A DNA stretch of 60,914 bases, the filler included, from Basidiobolus ranarum (lineage: Eukaryota), in NCBI GenBank assembly GCA_040143965.1. It is 6 parts of 6 records of this genome, joined end to end, with 100 filler letters (N's around TTAATTAATTAA, not from the genome) between each part and the next. Parts side by side here need not be neighbours in the genome. Positions count along the whole stretch, not along the records: positions 10,183 to 20,261 come from JASJQH010000744.1; positions 20,362 to 30,435 come from JASJQH010000745.1; 4 more parts are not named here. One strand, written 5' to 3'. Positions 11,946-25,022 of the stretch are shown piece after piece. Below the pieces are notes generated by a model. The model did no database searches, was not told where the DNA came from, and saw only the letters and a list, made by a program, of their open reading frames with translations. Made by a program: the position numbers and the translations under genes. The stretch's first letter is position 1; every line of letters begins with the position of its first letter.

Positions 11946-13868
11946 TTCTTTATTGTAATATGGCTCCCAGTTGATGGAAACTTGATGCAAAATATTGTCA
12001 CAAGACTGATTTGATGAAAGAGGGCTTAATAAGTTTTGCAAGCAATGTGAAGATCGGGCAACTAATAGAGAGAAGCAACTCCAAATTTAGCTCTGTGAAA
12101 TTGGCCTAGGACCATTTGACATAAAATATAGCCATCTATAACAAATAATAGTCTATGAAAAGAGTAATCTAAAAATGTGAGCTCAGTAGTGCTGTATACA
12201 CCTGTATATAGAATCACAAAGAGTGAAGGTGGCAATTCCATAATTTCTGAGACTTTTATTTGGGCTCTGATTAAGATGTGTGTAAACAGGATAGTTGAAT
12301 ATGCGGTGAATGTAGAGAAATTGCCATTTGAAAATGTTTGCAAAAAAGTGAATCAGTTATAGGTACTAGCTTTTGGCACAATGCTTCAAATACGCACTTT
12401 AACAATATTTCATTCCACCTGTCATGAACTCTGCGGAAGATGTTGGTGAACATATACATTTACCACTTGCCTCTTGTAAACGTATAGATTCTTACGCTTA
12501 AGTTAGAATCCGCTTGAAATAACGAATATATTGAACGATTTTCTTTTCAAAACTCTCAGCACTTTTATTTAGCAATTTATGTAGGACTACGGTGGAATTA
12601 AAGCTACAATGTAGGATGTTAAGTATTGGCTCAAGTATGAGTATAGTAACATATAATAACCAATTTGATTTCGTTTGCATGGCACTGCTTGATGGATTGA
12701 TTAGTAAACTTCATCTTATTTTTGCAGGTTTTGCCTTGCTCTCTAGCAATGATATACATTACTATTCTACCAGAACCACCTTTACTGCTTCACTGTCTAA
12801 AAATACTTACTATAGCAGTAAAAGTTGCAAAACCATATGTCAATAGTAGTAGTTGAAGCAGATAGTGCAATTATACCAGAAATGGCAATTCCAAAATCAT
12901 CTCATGACTGATTCACTATTTCATATATCAAAATCGAGAATAGCTTAGTGACTAGAGGCTCCAACAAATTAATATTACAAGAGATAACCATTTTGATGAG
13001 AATCATGTCAGAGGCTTTTTGGTTGCTAGAACATAGTAATTTATGTTACTTTAGAACATTTCCCGTGAATTTCCAAATGAACGCAAACCGGAAAATGTCG
13101 TAAAGTAATGATGCAAAATATTCTATAATATCAACTACCTAGTTTAGTAATGAGATCTTTTATGCTATTAAGACATTAGATACTCAATGGGAATTACTTC
13201 ATGACACAGATTCTGGGAAAAAATTACTTGCTAACTGATATTGGTATATACTATTCCCGCTGTATACCAGTAGATCTATCCACGTTAGGCTAAGTAAACA
13301 CTACGTCAACACCTATTACTCACCAGAATGGTGAAATAACACGGGGCCAGATCAAGGTTGATGTTGAATATTACTTCTTCCTTTCACTCATTACTGCTAA
13401 TTCAAATCCCGCTATGATGCTCGTATTACCACTCTGAAAATTGGGCTACTGCATAAGCGCACATGGCGACTTGAGATTTGAACAAACTGACATGTACCAC
13501 AAGCGAAATAGAGGTTGGCCTAGAGATTGATGGCGTACATTGCATCTTCTTTAACATCGGTTACTGCTTGTTGCGATCTACACAGCCTAGATCAAGGATT
13601 GCTTACCTTCTTTCTAATCCCTGCTTTCGCAGGTCATATCACTCGTCGTCGTGGCAACAAGGTTTCAAGGCATATACAAATTCCATGGAGCTTAAACCTC
13701 ATTGCCGTAATAGACTACTTGTAGTGTGATTGGACACTTCGGCCCTACCTCACCAGATCACATCGGTTTGGCATTATATTATGATAGCTTTACAATATCC
13801 GAGATATTTCTTTGATAGATCAATATTTATTCAAATGGAATAAAGGATCAACTAAACACTTATAAATA

Positions 13869-14933
13869 TTAAAAATCAAAGCTCAGAACTGACAAAACAG
13901 CTAATAAACCCCATGAATATAGGCACCAATGGCTAACCATATTTCCCCTTTCGCCGCTGGAGGTACTCAATACATCGGAGCCTTTGGAAGGGTTGTTGGG
14001 GGAGTCCTTGACGACCGTTGCAGGTGTTGATGGACTATTGCTGGTGGTGTTGGTGACACTGAGGAACTGCTTGTAGTTATTGATATTTACGAAATACGTG
14101 ATCTCTCCAGAGATGCTACAATTATCCGATAACGGATCCACGAGATTGACGCCATAACTGGTTAATCCAATCAATTTTCCTGCGCCATATACTGGACTAC
14201 CAGAGTCACCAAAGCAAGGTGCCTTTCCGGGCACCGGCTTGGTACAGAAGATACTAGGGTCCGACTTGGTCTCCCCAATAGACTTCATACAGAAATCAGT
14301 GGTTCCGATTGTTAGTTCCAACTTAAGTAAAGTCGGGGATTGTTGCTGAGTCTCAGTCTCACCAAATCCTACTGTGGTAACATTCTGATTCGCTTTGGGA
14401 ACGCTACCCAGTACGGCCGGCTTAATATTGTCAGTAAATTGTAATGGGCTGCTCAACTCAATCAAGCCGATATCATTCTAAGATTATCCAAATCAAAATC
14501 ATCATTAGATCTAATTGCTACCCATCTGGTGATATAACAAAATACAAACCTTGGAAGCCACCAAGTCAAACTTCTCATGTAAGATGTATCGTTTGATCGA
14601 AACGGTATTGGTTTTGATGTTTAGAGTATTCCCTAATACTAGCGCAAAAGATTCCACTGGTAGTTTCACAAAATTCGTCGTTGAAGTGTTGGAGAATTGT
14701 ACTAAGCAATGACCCGCAGTGATGATCCAGTTCTCATTGAGAATAGCGCCTCCACATCTTGAGTTACCACTCAACAATATATGGGCCATGGAAGGAAACT
14801 CGGTGGAAGTTGTAGAGCTCCCACCAACTATGTAGCTCATTGGCTGAGGCTTGATAGTGCCATGAATTTCTTCTTGGGCTCCATTAACCACAATGAAAAG
14901 AACTGAAAGAAGGAATGGGATGAACATATGCAT
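13869..14933 (-). CDS. Secreted S1 (trypsin-fold) serine protease with S/T-rich stalk and probable GPI signal; two exons (14550-14933, 13869-14477)
   Basis: Signal peptide, IVGG activation site, CGGAILNENWIITAGHC (His), NDIGL (Asp, at the splice junction), GDSGSP (Ser), hydrophobic C-terminus. Confidence 0.9.
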
Positions 14934-16004
14934 GCAAAAGCGCGCTCAAGTGCCAGATATTTGGTTATAAATGTATATAAGGTTTATATACGAATGTATG
15001 GGTATGGGTATGGGTATGTGCTTTTCGAGAAACAAAAAGGTTAGAACAAAAATGAAGTAGATGATGGTCGCCAATAAATACAGTTGGGTAGTTGTGTCGT
15101 GTATGGAGTATTTAATCTAGCAGATTATCATCTTCCTTAAGAGAAAACCGAACTTATTTACCAATATATTCGTCGCAACGTTAAAGAAAAGAAGGTGGGG
15201 AAGGGAGAAAATAGCCCAGACTCTGAGCAGCAAAGGGATTAAAAATATTTCCCGTCATACTATCCCATTTTAAACGTACGATCTGAATCGTCCTAGTCGT
15301 ATTTCCAGTGATCAAATATATAAGATGCATAGAAAATGGCTGGGTTGCTTGACATATTCGGATAATGTGAAGGGTAGCCAATCATTTTCTTTGTAGCGGT
15401 TTCTAATTCATCAAATAGACTGTATTCTATCTATTGTTAAGAGACATGTACCCTGACTTCTTTTGATGTACTCTTGGTATATCTTATTCAAATGGCGTAC
15501 AGCAAGTTCCCTCCAATTTAACACCTTTTTATTGTCTTTCATTCATGCAATACATACACATTTAAAAGATTACCGGATTTGGACAAATCTTTCTAAATAA
15601 ACCTTCTTAGTGTTTCACCTTCATGGCACACAAATATCCAAATGTGACCTTGCTCATGCGGGCCTCTAATCGGCCTTGTCTACTAAGTTGCGCCAACCCT
15701 CCTGTTCACGTGTTCTCACGGTAAACTACCCAGGTATATGGTAGTCCAGATTTAGAATACTAGGTGATGCAAGTTGTGGTTTATAGTGTATTTGCGTATA
15801 TTGTATATGTCAGATATAGATGAGACAGACTGATAATTGAAGTATATTAAATCAGAAATATTAGTGTCCGAGTACTTATTATTTGTATAGGTGATTCCCA
15901 AATAATGTTATAGCAATAGTGCAGTAGTATTTTTATCGCCTTCCAATGATTAATTCGTTGTTAAAAACACTAGATATTAGCGAGCAAGCAAAAACGCCCA
16001 CAGT

Positions 16005-17766
16005 TTATGAATGGTGGGAATTGGGTTCCGAGTCGCTGCTTACTGGCGCGATTACATTCTTCCCGACTAGGTCTTCCTCATGCGGTAAAACCAAGGTGGG
16101 TGGGTTGATTTGACTGGAACTTCGCATGTTTTTAAGATTGTTGACTAACTTCACAACATCCACTGCTGTGCGAAACATACGTCTAGCGTTGAAGTTTTTA
16201 CGTATGTTAGGCAATAAGTCTCTTTGCTCTTCAGGAGTGCGTAGTCCGTTGGTACGAGCAAGCTCTCGAAGCCATGGGTGTTCCAACGCTTGACTTGCAG
16301 TGAGACGCTCACATGGATTGACCACAAGTAGACATGATATAAAGTTCTTTGCTAAGTTCAATAATATAGAGAGGTTTAATCTATGTAGGGCAAGATAGTA
16401 TTCATAACATCAATCTATACCTTCAGATGAAACATGCTTCCAATACTCAACTGGGGTAAAGCTATAGCCCGCGTTTAAAATCGACTTGACTTCCTCATCA
16501 CGATCCTCGCGATCAAATGGAGTATATCCGCACAGCAAAAAGTAAGTAATTACTCCAACTGCCCACATATCACTACGTTCAAAGAGGATGGAGAAGGGGA
16601 TTGCTTAGTCAATTGTCTATTCTTTAAATGCATTTGACGTATACTTACACTGGCTTTCCGTGGCCTGCTTTTGCAAGAACCTCAGGGGCCTTAGATATTT
16701 GATGTAGAGGTTTAATACAACTTCTAAACAAGAATATAGCTTAGCAATATTATGCTTACCATATACCCAGGGGTTCCACAAGTTGTCCTCAACACTGAAA
16801 CGGTATCTTTATCAATTATTCTAGAAAGTCCAAAATCTGCTACCAATAAATCTGAATCTTCGGCTCTGGTTCGAAATAATAGATTCTCGGGCTATATCAA
16901 AAATAAGGTTTACTCTTCAAGTTCTTAACATACATTCGTAGCTTGGAAAAAGCTACCTTTAAATCTATAGATGGAACTATATTTAGCATATGACTTTGAC
17001 ACTTAATACAAGAGTGATCACTTACCTCGATGGACGATGTCCTTTTCGTGCAAATAATTCACGGCGTCGACAATAGTTCTGACCAGGACTGCGGCATCCT
17101 TTTCATAGTAGTTTCCTTTCTCACAAATCCTATCGAACAGCTCACCACCCATCGCTAACTCGGTAACTAAATAAACTGGAGGAGATTTCAAAATTTTCCG
17201 AATTAATTATTAATAACATCAAGAACAAGTGAATTCAACAAATAAAAATTCTAAAGGAAATTCAAGAACTTTACGGTTGTTGGTGGTTTCAAAAAAGTCG
17301 ACCAAAGTTAATATGTGCCTGTGTCCTTGACTGATTTTTTTTAAAACCGCTATCTCGTTACGAATCAACTTTTCTTTTCCTCTCATGGCCTGTTTGTTGA
17401 TGACTTTAACTGCATAATGTTTCCCGCTTTCAATCTTCAAATAAATAAGTTGAAAACCATTTATTAGTATATAAAGAGAAGCATGCCAGATCCAATTTAA
17501 AAACTCCAGTTAAAATGGAAATATACTCACATGAACAGCCTCTATGGAGATGTGGTACAAATTCCGACAATATATCATGAGTTAAAAATACAGGACGGGG
17601 AATAGCAAAATTTGAATAGGTTAGAGGAATTGATTTTTTAGGCTTCATGATAATGAAAGTAAATCGGTTTACCTTTGACAGTGGCATATGTACCTTGACC
17701 TAGAGTCTTTCCAGTTTTATATTTACAGGGTACAGTGACCACTTTTGGGCTACTGTGCTCTGGCAT
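16005..17766 (-). CDS. Ca2+/calmodulin-dependent protein kinase (CMK1/CMK2-like), multi-exon with two micro-exons
   Basis: MPEHSSPKVVTVPCKYKTGKTLGQGTYATVK, YAVKVINK, GGELFDRICEKG, HRDLKPEN, DFGLS, TTCGTPGYMAPE, DMWAVGVITYFLLCGY, and a CaM-binding tail FNARRMFRTAVDVVK. Confidence 0.93.
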
Positions 17767-20261
17767 TTGTAGGATGGTGAAAAAGTTATAGTACACTAAG
17801 TTGGAGGGTTTTTATGTCTTGTCAAGGTCAGTTGATCGGTTGGAGCGGGAGTTAGCGTTTTATTTATTAAATTGCAGTTAAATAGATCGATAGTTTAAAT
17901 AGCAATATCCATACACACATACAACAACCAAACCGATTTCTCATGGCTTAATAGTAGTAATTTATATTGAATATTTTCTTCAGATCAAGGGCTAAAAGAG
18001 TTTGGACATGAAGCCTTCATCCTCCTTGATAATGCGAGAAAGGCGACCAATACTCACATCCGTTTGCGGCTATTGGTGGAAGTTTGGGTTCCACTCCCTA
18101 GGGCAATATTTGATAGACCACTAATTGTGGATATCTCCCACTATCTGATATATAGTGTGCTTCAAACCTTGCTTAAATGTTTAGGCCACGAAGTCTTCCG
18201 ACAGGTTATCGTATGCGCTAAACTCAGAGAAATGGTAAATGACTTTTCTGCTGTCAAATAATACAACCACGAACAACGTTTAGCAACGGAAACACTGGTT
18301 TTTATCTTTAGCAGTATTCATGATGTTACCCACTGAAAAGTAATACCTTCGTAGGCCTCCTATTCGTTTCCTTAGCTAGTGAGGCTTGAAAAGCAAGTTC
18401 TAATATGGTTGTCGTTGGCATCTAATTGGGAATCCCTCCCTTTAAAATATTCACTAATGATCTTATGCGGAATAGCACTAACCTGGTTTGCTCACTATCC
18501 GGCCTCAACGTTTCTCCCTAAGTCCACTTTTAGTGTGGAACAGTTATCATGGCTAAAGTATTCCAGAAAGCAGCTGAATACAACTTCCGGATTTAGAGAA
18601 TGAGTCATCCTCATAGCGTATCAGAATCTAGAATAGGTAAACCTTAACAGCTGCACCCCTAAAATTGATTCAGGTTGACATGCGCATGCGGCTAGCCCTG
18701 AGATACTTGGGTATCTGAAAACAGAAGCAATTTGAGTTGGGAAATACTAGGATCAATTCCAGTATAATCAACATAAATCTCCCCTTGTAAATGAGTGGAG
18801 AAAGGTGGTGGCTAATGGTCTGTAATGGTGATCAGCAGTTGCGGCTAGTGAGCTTCGGATAACCCTTGACCTTGAGTTTAGTCTTTTATTTCGAACTACA
18901 GTGTGTTCTTTTAGTAGCTTAATAACATAACCGAAAATACAGAATTCAAATGCACATGAACCTATATAGGAGGACCCAAACTTGCACCATTAGCGTGCTC
19001 CTTATACTCTAATAGTGCCACAGGACTAGTATATCAGAGCAACATACAGTTACTGGTAGATATATTCAAATACTGTGCCAAGTCGGTTAGATAAGGGCAT
19101 ACAGGTAGGGGGTATTCCAGACTCTATGAAAAGCACATACACATGTATATGAAACAATTAAAACTCAGTTAGGTCATATTACGAAATTCACTGGTGAATG
19201 TAGGGACAGAATGCTTCAAGTTTAGTATCATTGATGGTGCTTGCTTTGCGGTATAGTAGAAGAGAAATCACTCTTGAGCAGAGAACCAGTGTTCTGGAGG
19301 AATTTTGCCTATCCTATAGTGATGTAATGTTTCGGAGTCAAACCTGCCATGCTTAATCGTAGCCCCTATGGTATTATTCATAAATAGCTAGAGTATTTGA
19401 AGTGTGCAATCCAATCAAAATCTCATATGGAGAACACAATAATGTTGGATTAGGCTAAAGGCGGTCAAGGGTATCTCCAAATCAACAAATGATAGCAGTG
19501 TGTGCTAAATAGAGGGTGATTCTTGTTGAAGCTGTAGTGATTTCAATAGAACAGGATGTCAAGATCCACAGCTTGGTCTCCAGGCTTTTCTAGAAAATGT
19601 ATGTACAATCTAGAGGCATTAGAGCACAAACTGGTCAAGTTCTGGTGCTTTGAATTTTAGGTGCCAAGAATTGTAATTATGTGAAGAGGAAAAGTGTAAG
19701 AATACGAGATTGAAAAGAGTAAATCAGTGAGACAACTTACAATGTCTTGTATAATACATGAACGGTAACTGCTTGGCACGCCGTGTTAGTTGCCTCTACA
19801 TCGATACCCTTCAGCTGTCAATTTTAGGAGTCAAGTTTGTCTGTTTAAAGGCAATTCAGTATTCGTCACTAGATCCTGGCCCGTGAAGGATTGGAGGTTT
19901 TCGAGAATGGAAATATATGTGGATATAAGAGTGTATACACCGATCACCCTCTCGGTAAGGTATATGCCAGAAAGATGGCGTCTCCCGTAGAGTCATTACA
20001 TAGTGATCCCTTACAAAAAATATTAGGTTTGAATTTCGTACTATTTTCCTACTTTCTTGTCATGCTATTATGGTGATATTTCACCCATTTTCTCATGGTA
20101 ACTCTACCAGTCTTCTTTTCCTCCCATTTTCTTATGGTATTCCTACCTCTATATTCAGGGGGATGAAAAGCACCAGGTGGTGTGAACTTTATTTAGCTTA
20201 TATACTAATCTAAACAAAGTGACAATCAAGACATCAATCTTTTAATATATTGTGACAATAC

Positions 20262-20361
20262 NNNNNNNNNNNNNNNNNNNNNNNNNNNNNNNNNNNNNNN
20301 NNNNNTTAATTAATTAANNNNNNNNNNNNNNNNNNNNNNNNNNNNNNNNNNNNNNNNNNNN
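20262..20361. other. Artificial contig linker
   Basis: N44-TTAATTAATTAA-N44. Confidence 0.98.
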
Positions 20362-20381
20362 GTAATCCTTGTGCAGGGGCC

Positions 20382-20412
<31 letters not shown>

Positions 20413-20445
20413 TTCAAGTGTCAGAGGTTCCGGAGAACTTGACAA
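20362..20445 (-). ncRNA. U6: U6 spliceosomal snRNA, 3' end cut by the contig edge
   Basis: Reverse complement reads AAAATTGGAACGATACAGAGAAGATTAGCATGGCCCCTGCACAAGGAT (ACAGAGA box, AGC triad), preceded by a 5' stem-loop, with a TATA-like TTTATAA about 25 nt upstream. Confidence 0.95.
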
Positions 20446-21019
20446 CTGTCACAAGGCAATTCACATTATAAATCTCGAAACAATACTGCTAATTAAACTT
20501 ATGGGACTCAACTAACTATCACAGGAAGTAGCCTTTAATCCAATGCCTACTTATTTTGATTGGACCATTACAAATTTTCTATTTTTGGTCATTACTCATA
20601 TCGTGGTACAATCATAATATGACTCCAGATGACTTTTTATATCATCGCTAGATTTTCGGTATTTTCGGTAGAGTTGACTACACACTAATTTAGCTAAGAC
20701 AGAAATATTTTTCTATCTGTCTCATACAAACCTCTAATATATGTACTATCATTACCAGTAAGCTCTCTAATGATACTTACCTTAATATATTCAGTATTAG
20801 ATGGTTCTTGAAAGAAAGTTACAAGTTTACGTTCCATAAGTGCTATTTCAGGAGTAGCAGCTCTCGATGCTGTAGATTTACCCGTACTTGTAGAAGTAGG
20901 TAACTTTTATGAGTCTTCTCCTAAAGATAACTCAATTGGTTTCATGAGCATACTTATATATCAGACATTTTTCACTCGACTTGTATACAAATTTAGGTAA
21001 ATCGTTTGAAACGACAAAA

Positions 21020-21101
21020 TGATGAGAGTGGGGTTCGAACCCACGCCTCCGAAGAGACTGCGACCTGAACGCAGCGCCTTAGACCACTCGGCCATCTCAC
21101 C
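21020..21101 (-). tRNA. tRNA-Leu(CAG), intronless
   Basis: GGTGAGATGGCCGAGTGGTCTAAGGCG-CTGCG-TTCAGGT-CGCAG-TCTCTTCGGAGG-CGTGGGTTCGAACCCCACTCTCATCA; complete cloverleaf with a long variable arm. Confidence 0.96.
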
Positions 21102-22837
21102 TCCATTTTGTTGTAACGCAATCCAGTAAATAAACAAAATAAGAAATTACTTACTAACAAAGAAACATTCTAAGATGTCGTGTTCTCAGAATAATATATA
21201 TCTAAACAAAGTGAATGTAAGACATATATACATAATTATATACTACTCTTCTACTTCCTATCTTCACATAATCTTTGCAACGTTAGTACCTACAAGATCC
21301 TCAACATATTTTGAAACTCAAATTGGATGCTTTGTCATAGAATTTTAGAAACGGCGTTGCCATGGTTAATGTAAAGATGTTTGTAGGTATGTAAATTGAT
21401 CAAACTAGAAAACAATATCTCAAAAGTAATTTTGCGGACTTATTTGTTGGCATACGGAATATGAGGAAAATCTAAAGTAAATATATGAAAACAGCTGCAG
21501 GATCCTTTTTAAAAATATAGAATTGTACATGCATCTATTGAGTGTGGCTTATTGTCCAACTATCAGGTTCTCACCGTTAAGGTGGATCATATATATAGTA
21601 TTGGTGTTTGGAGAGATCTGGTTGTTTGCAGTAACAACAATGGGAGTGGTAAAGCCTTCCTCATTAATGACAACGGTGTCTACATTCATTTTGGGCCAGG
21701 AACTTGCTATTCGCAAGTGGTTACTTGGAATAAAATGACAAAGAAGCCATCTGATGTCCAGGAAATGAAGGATCTGTCAATAGAAACCATAAGCTTACAA
21801 ATGGCAACTGTGAGAATAACGGTAATGGTGGGTGCAACCATGATTATATTAACCAGGCCGGACTGAATTCGAAAGACTGGCTCCCTAAGTTCTATAGCGA
21901 CCCTTGTTGGTATTAAAACTATCGCTTATGGCGTTGTCTGACATTCTTATCCTACTGAGTATGCCAATATCCATCGGTTGCTCCAAAGGAATATTTACTA
22001 CATTGCGACATGGAAAAATTTGAAGGTTGTATTAGCGGGCTTATTTCAGTCTCTTACTTCAAACTAATTCTCAGTAACAGACAAAAAGAAGATAAGATTG
22101 ATAGTGAAATTGAAGCTCAAGTACTATAAATACTGGTGTTCCTTGATTATTCAGTTGGCCATGTTAAATATACGAGCATATAAAGAACCAGCAGCTAATG
22201 AAGAGTTACACATGTTTCCTGTTATCAAGATATTTGAGTGGATAAGATGCCATTGCTATACGTTACAATGTAAGAGATAATGGACGAATTGACTATGTGT
22301 ACTTTTGGTAAACAAGCCTATCAGTAGAGCAAGAAAAAGAGATATGTGAAGGATGCTAGTAGCATGCCAATATTTACTTGTAATCTCGGACTACACTTGG
22401 GTAGCATTACAGCAAAACATGACTTTATGCACTTACCTACGACCAATCCATCTTTCTCCACTTGTCAAAGTGATGATAACTGGAACTTTCAGTGGGTAGA
22501 TAGTTCTCAAGCCACTCGTATCTATAGCAACCATACTCTTGGACTACAGCTTTCACTTGTGAGAATAATTTCGGCAATCTCAGCTACTCTCTCATGTTAG
22601 CATTTTCCCAATATCCATTTAGTACTGAATGAATCATTTTTGGATTTACTTTTCTCTTGTCTGAAGTAATAATTTTAAATATATCTCCTGGTGCAGTATC
22701 CTACAACCAATATTATCTTTTAATTGCACCATTGGTTACTTTGGTGATGTTTGTCATGTTGTAGCTTACCATAGTTGTCACAAAGTGTGAGGGACCAAGG
22801 TGAGCTTCAGGGTCCATAAGCTTTCTGTACTTAAAAT

Positions 22838-23027
22838 TGTTAAAGTATTTGGGAGCCTGTTGGAAGTGGTTTAGAGAATTAGAGAAATTGGTGTTTTCAT
22901 GTATTGATTTATTGAGTATAAAGTAGAAATTTATACTTTTGTCATGATCTAAGCAAACTGACGTATCAAAGATGTTACAAAAGGTCCCAGAAGCATGTGT
23001 GCAAAGCTTGGGGCTTCTGGATAACAC
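22838..23027 (-). mobile_element. Partial copia LTR (3' half)
   Basis: TGTTAAAGTATTTGGGAGCCTGTTGGAAGTGGTTT is nearly identical to the end of the LTR at 50290-50638. Confidence 0.8.
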
Positions 23028-23652
23028 TGAATAAAAATGATGGAGTTTGGTTCAGAATATCTGTAAGAGTAAAATGAGCTATGCTAAGATTCACAGAGAG
23101 AGAGAATTCACAGATTTCATGAGTATATGTACTGATTTGAGCTAATTGGCACTTGGCAATATAGTATGTAGCTGGTTGGATATGAAATAGGGAGTTGTAA
23201 AGATACAGGGAGAAATAATATAATGGAGGTAGTAGGCTTCAGCTGTTGGATTGGAAGAGCAACGTGTAGAGATTAAAGAACTACAAAAGTATGATTTGGG
23301 GAGTTTAGTGGATGTCAGAGAATTGAACTCAAAAGTCAAACAATCTCTTATATAAATGATGGTAATATGGTACCATCGTGATATATGCCACAAGTGAGTA
23401 GATATATAGAGAGAGCATATGTATAACCCTAGTAGCGTATAGTATTAGTAAGTAGTGGCATCTATCTGTATGAATTAAGGTAAGTACCAAACCTATAAAA
23501 CGTTTATGTACGTGCTGAAGTAGTTCTCTATAATTTACATACTAATCAAACAATTACGAGCAAGTGTGGATGTACTTTCAGTTGATCCGGAATGAGAAGC
23601 AGATATTGATCTGGAATAAGAGTAAGAATCAGGTTCAGAGCTATAGTTGTAT

Positions 23653-23689
23653 GATAATGCTTCCAAACAGGATAATGCTTCCAAACCGG
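23653..23689. repeat. Short tandem duplication
   Basis: ATAATGCTTCCAAAC[A/C]GG twice. Confidence 0.8.
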
Positions 23690-24040
23690 AACATCTACGC
23701 ATAGAATAGATATGGAATGCCTACGTATTGGGAAGGAAAAGACACTATGCATGAGTGAACCTATATAGCATTGAACTTATATACAGCCTTCAGTGATGTC
23801 GATGAGCAGTCAGCTTATACACAGCATACAATATAGATATTATGGTATCAAGCAACATTCTTCTTACAAATTGCTAATCAATTACGCTCATTGTTTGAAG
23901 TCTTTCACTACTAGAGCGCACCTCTATACTCCATATACACTTTACGTCATCCCATCTTTGCGAACCAGATAGAAGTAGGCTTCTCTACCAATACGAATTA
24001 CCGATACATATACTTAATAATAGTATTACAGCGCGGTACT

Positions 24041-24095
24041 TGCATGTAGTAAAGCAATACCTATCATGCATGTAGTAAAGCAATACCTATCATGC
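24041..24095. repeat. 26-bp tandem duplication
   Basis: TGCATGTAGTAAAGCAATACCTATCA twice. Confidence 0.85.
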
Positions 24096-24541
24096 AAATG
24101 TCTGAAAGCAGTAGTCTGAAGGCAGTAAAACTTCCAATCAGAAACTATTTTGTTCCAGAAATCCAAATTGGAATCTAAATTAAAACCTGATAGAATTTAA
24201 CGTGGAATACTAGACATATATAGTGGCTTACTTTAGTACTCTCTGTATTACTCTCAGTTTGTACAAACATTCATAGCCATATCATTCCCCAAGTACGAAC
24301 ATCAATAACGATATATTTATAGTAGTTATATCTAAGTACGAACATCAACAACGGTATTATCAATGGAAAAAATATAGACTTCGTGGATGAATAGCGTATT
24401 TATGATGGATATGATGGAAAAGCATAGACCTCTATCGGTGAATAGTGCATTAACAAACAGTGAACAGCAATAGATAGAAGAAATTTTCTCACATCCCGTT
24501 TCACCAACATGCACATCACTTCCCAAATTGATTCCCTCATC

Positions 24542-24620
24542 TTATCAGATGCATCTGATAATACATATTTCATTTTGATTCCCTAGTTTGGAACAACCTA
24601 GTTTGGAATAATTATCTGAT
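24542..24620. promoter_or_regulatory. Cluster of ATCWGATAA iron-GATA (SreA/Urbs1-type) sites including a perfect palindrome
   Basis: TTATCAGAT-GC-ATCTGATAA at 24542-24561 and TTATCTGAT at 24612-24620. Confidence 0.55.
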
Positions 24621-25022
24621 GCTAACACTTGGTATACAGTAACTCTCAGCGTGTAACATACTACATTATATATTCTTTGACACCTAACCCTAACCCACTG
24701 CTTTATATATCCTTTGACGTTACACCATATTTTCTTCAACCAAGTAAATCCCAAATCATCAGTAAACCCTAAATCGTCAGGTGGAATAAGCATACCATAT
24801 ATAGATGGATCCGATGAATATTCGGAAGCATTATTCGAAAGCGTTGATCAAAACATTGGATTTGCAATGGTTTCTGTAAACCGGGATAATAAGGAATCTG
24901 CTGAACGTGTCGGGATAATTCGTATAACTTTATTTTAAGAGTTTACAGTGAGAAGGGCAGGACACGCTTGGAATGTACGTGTCCCAGGACCTACTTGGAA
25001 ATTATTATGATATCAATTGCAC

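Noticed and set aside
13320-13780. Possible membrane-protein pseudogene
   Set aside because: Short broken frames with no motif I can assign.
19200-19600. Possible Tc1/mariner transposase relic
   Set aside because: Only a faint NPI..W resemblance; not supportable.
20362-20370. U6 variant GGAUUAC instead of GGAUGAC
   Set aside because: It lies in the last bases of a contig, so error or truncation cannot be excluded.
24683-24696. CCTAACCCTAACCC telomere-like repeat
   Set aside because: Only about two units, internal, with no structured context; compatible with chance.
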